Shown piece after piece: positions 50,112 through 54,431 of a stretch of 54,431 nt of DNA. Position 1 is the first letter of the stretch. Every line of letters starts with the position of its first letter. The position numbers were made by a program, and so were the translations under genes. This stretch comes from an uncultured Verrucomicrobiota bacterium (lineage in GTDB: Bacteria; Verrucomicrobiota; Verrucomicrobiia; Chthoniobacterales; JACTMZ01): positions 1 through 54,431 of the forward strand of contig CAIZMQ010000057.1 of the NCBI GenBank assembly GCA_903934135.1. Direction: 5' to 3'. The notes beneath the pieces were generated by a model that searched no databases, had not been told where the DNA came from, and saw only the letters and a program-made list of their open reading frames with translations.

Positions 50112-51512
50112 TCAGCCGGCGAGTTCTTCGGCGGGGTAGGTCCAGATTTCGCTCAGGGTGGGGTGATAGTGGGGGATTTTGACGAATTCGGCAGCGGTCG
50201 CGCGGTAGCGCAGAGCGACGACGACTTCGTGGATGAGCTCGGAGGCATGAGGTCCGACCACGGCCCCACCGAGGAGTTCACCCGTTTTGCGGTCGGCGAG
50301 CAATTTGACGAAGCCTTCGGTTTTGCCGTGGACGATGGATTTGCCGTGGTCGCCGAAGGGATAGGTCGCGGCGGCGAAGTCGATCCCGAGTTCGGTCGCT
50401 TCGCGTTCGCTCAGGCCAACCATGGCGGCCTCGGGTTGGGTGAAGACGGCGAAGAGGCGGAGGCGGTAGTCGATGGTTTCGAGGGGCTCGTTTTTGCCGC
50501 GGAGGAGCCGTGCCGCATTGCGGGCGGCAACTTCGCCCTGCTCAATGGCGATGTGGACAATTTCCAATTTCCCGGTGACGTCGCCCGCGCCGAAAATATG
50601 CGGGACGGAGGTTTGCTGGGTATCGGTGGTGGCCAGGGGACGGCCGGCCGGTGTGTCGAGACCGGCGGCGGCGAGATCAAGCCCGGCAGTGGCGGCGTCG
50701 CGTCCGAGCGCGAGCAGAATTTCGTCCGCCTCAAGCGTCTCCTCCCGGTCGTGGTGCGCGACGCGCAACCATTTCCCGCGCGCGTTGCGTCCGACTTGGA
50801 GGATTCGGCCTCCAAGGACAAACTTGGTCCCGTGCCGCTCCATGCCGTGCAGCACCGCATCGGCCACATCGCGGTCCATCGAACTGAGGACCTGCTTGCT
50901 GCGCTGGACAACGGTGACGTCCGCCCCGAGGGCGCGGTGGTAGTGGGCCATCTCGAGAGCGACGGGCCCGGCACCCAAAACGAGGAGCGATTTCGGGGGA
51001 TGCGGATTATTCAGGACGTCATCGCTGACCAATGGCTCGGCCTCCGTGAGTCCGGGAATGTCGGGATGGCGGATGACGGAGCCCGTGGCGACGAGAATAG
51101 CGCGGGCGGTGATGGTTTGTTCCCCGCCTTGGCGGAGGCGAACCGCCAATTTGTCCGGGCCGGCGAAACGGGCGTGTCCGCGAACGAGTTCGAAGCGTCC
51201 ACTCTCGAGTTGCTCGGCACGGTATTCGGCAAACCCGGAAATGAGGCGCTTTTTGCGTTCGATGATTTTCGGCCCGTCGAATCCGGGATTCCCGGCGTGC
51301 AGCCCGAACTCCCCAGCTTCGCGTATATCCTGCAGCCTGTTGGCTGACTCGATGAGCGTCTTGCTCGGCATGCATCCGCGCAGAATGCATAGCCCTCCGA
51401 GTTCTTCGGAGCCGTCGATGACCGCGGTGCGGAGGCCTTCCCCTACTGCGGTGCGGGCGGCGGCGTATCCTCCACTCCCGCCGCCGACGACGACAAAATC
51501 GAATTCATTCAT
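50112..51512 (-). CDS. Pyridine nucleotide-disulfide oxidoreductase, dihydrolipoyl dehydrogenase/glutathione reductase family
   Basis: FDFVVVGGGSGGYAAA, redox-active GGLCILRGCMPSK, second Rossmann fold LLVLGAGPVALEMA, and C-terminal HYHPTLSE. Confidence 0.88.
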   Translation of the reverse strand: MNEFDFVVVGGGSGGYAAARTAVGEGLRTAVIDGSEELGGLCILRGCMPSKTLIESANRLQDIREAGEFGLHAGNPGFDGPKIIERKKRLISGFAEYRAEQLESGRFELVRGHARFAGPDKLAVRLRQGGEQTITARAILVATGSVIRHPDIPGLTEAEPLVSDDVLNNPHPPKSLLVLGAGPVALEMAHYHRALGADVTVVQRSKQVLSSMDRDVADAVLHGMERHGTKFVLGGRILQVGRNARGKWLRVAHHDREETLEADEILLALGRDAATAGLDLAAAGLDTPAGRPLATTDTQQTSVPHIFGAGDVTGKLEIVHIAIEQGEVAARNAARLLRGKNEPLETIDYRLRLFAVFTQPEAAMVGLSEREATELGIDFAAATYPFGDHGKSIVHGKTEGFVKLLADRKTGELLGGAVVGPHASELIHEVVVALRYRATAAEFVKIPHYHPTLSEIWTYPAEELAG

Positions 51513-53046
51513 CCCGCACCTTGTAAACGCGGAAGTAGGGGTTGGCGAACACCGGTTGGAGGAAGTCGGGGATCTTGCGTCCGCGGGCCAAGCGGACAAT
51601 AAGCGGGTCACGGGGTGCGGGGATGCCGAGGAGGGCGGCGGAGGTGGACACCACGCGTTCCGGCGCATCGGTCACCACGTATTTCACTTGCCGCAAGCCG
51701 AGCTGGGCGAAGGCCGCGGCATCGTCCTCGGAGAGAAAAAAACGCGCCGTGTCGACCGTGCCCGGAAGGCTCTGATGAGAGGTGCCCCCGACCATTGGTA
51801 GTCCGCTCTGGCGGGCCAGAGCGGGTGAGATCCACCACGGAGCCAACACGCCCCCGCGCGGTTGGCTGCGCAGGAAGTTGGCAGTTTGCGCGAGGAGCGC
51901 GGCTTCTGCCATCGCCTCCTGTCGCCGCGCCATTTCCTGCGGTGACGGGAAAGTGCGCGCCTCCCATGCGGCGGCGACCGGCCAGAGGCTGGCCACAAAG
52001 ACAAGCCAGACCAGCCAAGGTTTGGCCAACGGACGGAGGATCCAGGGCAGGGCGAGACAGAAAACAGAAGCGAGCCACGGATTCCACCGCGCCTGCCATC
52101 CGGTCAGGGCGGTGACCACGGCAAGAAGGACAAGAGCCATGAGTGCGAGGGGATCGCGGGTTTTGCCATAGCTCCAGGCGAGGAGGAGCGGTGCGGGGAC
52201 AAGGAGCCATCCGGTCCAGGCAAACATGGCCTGAGGTGTGGCGCCTTGCAGTTCGCCGAGCAACGCGGCCCAGCGCGGGAAAAATTCCTGCACGACCGGA
52301 TCCGGCCAAGGGTTACGGAATCCCTCCAAAGCCCACGTGGCGAGGGCGAGGCTTGCGATGAGAAGCAGACCGCGTCGCCAGACCGCCGGGTAGGCCGTTT
52401 TTCGGAGAGCAATGGCCCGGCCAAGCTCCTGCGCGGCGAGCAGAACGAGTGGTTCGAACCAGGAAACCCAAAGAGCAAAGCCCCAAAGGCTGGCGGAGGC
52501 CCAAGCCCAGGCCGGACGCGCAGTGCGCACAAAAGCGAAATTGGCGGCGAGCGCGGTGACGGTCAGGGCAACAAGCAGTGATTGATGGTCGGGCCGGCCG
52601 AGGGCGAACGCGTGGGTGAGTGCCGGCGAAAGAGCGAAGAGAAACAGAATGGGCCCGCGCGGACGCAGGTCGATCGTCCGGGACCAAAAAAAGAGGAGGA
52701 GCAAGGTGAGGAGCCCGAGGAGCGGCGAGACCCATGCGCCGGCCAACTCGGGCGGACGGACGAAAATGCCCAAGGCCGCGACGAGGTAATCCATTAGTGC
52801 GGTGGTATGCGGCACGGTGCCGGTGGGATGATTTTCAAAATCGTGGGTGCGCACGATGGTACCGGGCCGGGCGGTGACCAAGTTCGCACGCTGCATGCGG
52901 CTGTGGCAGTCACCGTCGGCCAGCACGACCAAGGCGTCACCGTCGGCGAGGCGGACAATGACCTGGCTGCGGTTCCAAGTCACCGCCGAGAAGAAAAGGA
53001 CGGCGAGCAAAAGGGCTCCGGCGAGTGGCGGGACGATTTTCGGCAC
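51505..53046 (-). CDS. Polytopic GT-C-type glycosyltransferase, STT3/AglB-like features
   Basis: More than 10 predicted TM helices. First loop HDFENHPTGTVPHTTALMDYL, then GRPDHQS. The C-terminal soluble part has APWWISPALARQSGLPMVGGTSH where STT3 enzymes carry WWDYG. The start is uncertain: I preferred GTG 53046, because ATG 53283 would lie 20 nt from the gyrB ATG. Confidence 0.6.
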   Translation of the reverse strand: MPKIVPPLAGALLLAVLFFSAVTWNRSQVIVRLADGDALVVLADGDCHSRMQRANLVTARPGTIVRTHDFENHPTGTVPHTTALMDYLVAALGIFVRPPELAGAWVSPLLGLLTLLLLFFWSRTIDLRPRGPILFLFALSPALTHAFALGRPDHQSLLVALTVTALAANFAFVRTARPAWAWASASLWGFALWVSWFEPLVLLAAQELGRAIALRKTAYPAVWRRGLLLIASLALATWALEGFRNPWPDPVVQEFFPRWAALLGELQGATPQAMFAWTGWLLVPAPLLLAWSYGKTRDPLALMALVLLAVVTALTGWQARWNPWLASVFCLALPWILRPLAKPWLVWLVFVASLWPVAAAWEARTFPSPQEMARRQEAMAEAALLAQTANFLRSQPRGGVLAPWWISPALARQSGLPMVGGTSHQSLPGTVDTARFFLSEDDAAAFAQLGLRQVKYVVTDAPERVVSTSAALLGIPAPRDPLIVRLARGRKIPDFLQPVFANPYFRVYKVRDE

Positions 53047-53303
53047 GGGCCGCCATCGTGCGTGAGGATGTGCGGGAAAAGCCAACCGGAAAACGTTCCG
53101 TGGTGCGGTTGGCCATGCTCGGAGGGCCCGGCTGCTCACGCTTTTCCGGGCCGCGCCAGCGCAGCCACCGAACCTTGCTCGCCCGCTTATGACTCGGAAA
53201 AGCGGCGGCCGCGCCCAAAAAAGGCTGGAGCGGGGCGCTTGTCGGGATACGTTGGATAAACGCACCCGCTGAGCCGGGCGCATCCCGGAAAAAACGATAT
53301 TTT

Positions 53304-54431
53304 ATGGCGTCGAAAGAGAAGGAAACCACGGATACAGCCTTGGCCAAGGATACGGCATACGGCGCGGCGCAAATCGACAAACTTGAGGGTTTGGAAGCGG
53401 TGCGCAAGCGGCCGGGGATGTACATCGGCTACACCGACGAACGCGGCCTGCATCACTGCGTTTACGAGGTCCTCGACAACTCGATCGACGAACATCTGGC
53501 CGGTTTCTGCACGCACATCGATGTGACCATCCACGCCGACGGCTCGTGTTCCGTCCGCGACAATGGTCGCGGCATTCCGGTCGACATGCACCCGAAGTGG
53601 AAGATTCCGGCCATTGAGCTCGTGCTGACCAACCTCCACGCCGGCGGCAAGTTTGGTCAGGGCGCCTACAAATTCAGCGGCGGTCTTCACGGCGTCGGCG
53701 CCAAGTGCGTCAACGCCCTCTCCGAATGGTTCAAAGCCGAGGTTTACCGAGACGGCCAAGTTTACTTTATGTCGTTCGCCAAGGGCAAAACGACGCAGAA
53801 ACTCACCGTCCTGAGCGAGCTGAAAAACAAAAAGCAGACCGGGACGCAGATCACGTTCTTGCCTGATACCGAGATTTTCACCACCACGGAATTTGTCTTC
53901 GAGCGCCTCGGGGCGCGCATGCGCGAGTTGGCTTTCCTCAATTGCGGCCTCGAGATCCGCCTGACCGACGAGCGCGTCGAGGGCGAACCGAAAAAGACCC
54001 TTTTTGTCTACAAACTCGGCATCGAGGAATTCGTCAAGGAATTGGGCGAAAGCAAGTCGGTTCTTCACCCGAAGGTGATCAAGCTGACCGGCGCGCGGAA
54101 GACCAAGATGAAGAACAAGGATGGCGAGGACGTCGAAGAAGACGTCCTGGTCGAGTGCGTGCTGCAATACAACGACAGCTACACCGACCAGATCCTCTGC
54201 TTCACCAATTCGATCCCGAATCCGGACGGCGGCACGCACATCACCGGGTTCCGTTCGGCGCTGACCCGCGCAATCAACCAATACACAAAGGCCAACAATC
54301 TGGTCAAAGACAAGGATCCCATCATCACCGGCGACGACGTGCGCGAGGGTCTGATCTGCGTCCTCAGCCTCAAGCACCCCGACCCGAAGTTCGAGAGCCA
54401 GACCAAGGTCAAACTGGTCAACCCAGAGGTC
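53304..54431 (+). CDS. gyrB: DNA gyrase subunit B, 3' end beyond the window
   Basis: My own translation from ATG 53304 reads MASKEKE...IDKLEGLEAVRKRPGMYIGYTDERGLHHCVYEVLDNSIDEHLAG...GGLHGVGAKCVNALS...ESQTKVKLVNPEV. The frame stays open to nt 54431, so it is absent from the supplied ORF list. Confidence 0.95.
   Translation, partial: MASKEKETTDTALAKDTAYGAAQIDKLEGLEAVRKRPGMYIGYTDERGLHHCVYEVLDNSIDEHLAGFCTHIDVTIHADGSCSVRDNGRGIPVDMHPKWKIPAIELVLTNLHAGGKFGQGAYKFSGGLHGVGAKCVNALSEWFKAEVYRDGQVYFMSFAKGKTTQKLTVLSELKNKKQTGTQITFLPDTEIFTTTEFVFERLGARMRELAFLNCGLEIRLTDERVEGEPKKTLFVYKLGIEEFVKELGESKSVLHPKVIKLTGARKTKMKNKDGEDVEEDVLVECVLQYNDSYTDQILCFTNSIPNPDGGTHITGFRSALTRAINQYTKANNLVKDKDPIITGDDVREGLICVLSLKHPDPKFESQTKVKLVNPEV

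Noticed and set aside
53187-54377. 396-aa minus-strand ORF, the only ORF listed by the track for this region
   Set aside because: The opposite strand encodes an unmistakable GyrB N-terminus from ATG 53304 (GLEAVRKRPGMYIG, YEVLDNSIDE, GGLHGVGA). The listed ORF is its antisense shadow. gyrB is missing from the track only because it has no stop inside the window.

Overview
This is a visibly GC-rich bacterial chromosomal segment with about 54 protein-coding genes. I saw no rRNA, tRNA, CRISPR array, transposase or integrase. PEP-CTERM sorting signals, many exported Pro/Ala-rich proteins and leaders without Shine-Dalgarno sequences suggest a Verrucomicrobia (Opitutales-like) genome; that placement is inference only.

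Left to right the window holds:
- Two tandem secreted paralogs, one of them PEP-CTERM anchored, followed by a PstS-fold secreted protein.
- Sel1 and GT2 genes.
- A low-GC BrnT/BrnA toxin-antitoxin cassette.
- A tightly coupled 7-gene envelope operon: an orphan TpsB-type barrel, a DUF2341/LamG-ExbB fusion, ExbD, TonB, a porin-like barrel, a coiled-coil protein and a parvulin.
- A phosphate block lying directly upstream of that operon on the same strand: pstSCAB, divergent phoU, phoBR and an LTXXQ protein.
- An RRM RNA-binding protein, then miaA-hflX, yjbQ, ppk2 and crcB.
- A compact purine operon, purN-purL-purQ-purF-purD/M, with unusual fusions and four ATGA overlaps.
- nuoH-N.
- A bactofilin pair.
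- A flavoprotein disulfide reductase and a GT-C/STT3-like membrane protein.
- The 5' part of gyrB, which is missing from the supplied ORF track because it runs off the window.

The best candidate for an undescribed system is the TpsB/Ton/porin operon at 8273-16763. It has neither a TpsA cargo gene nor a plug-type TonB-dependent receptor, and a perfect TGTGA-N8-TCACA palindrome lies upstream. The same palindrome recurs upstream of the PEP-CTERM gene.

Novelty cannot be verified without database searches. All product calls rest on motifs read by eye from the translations.
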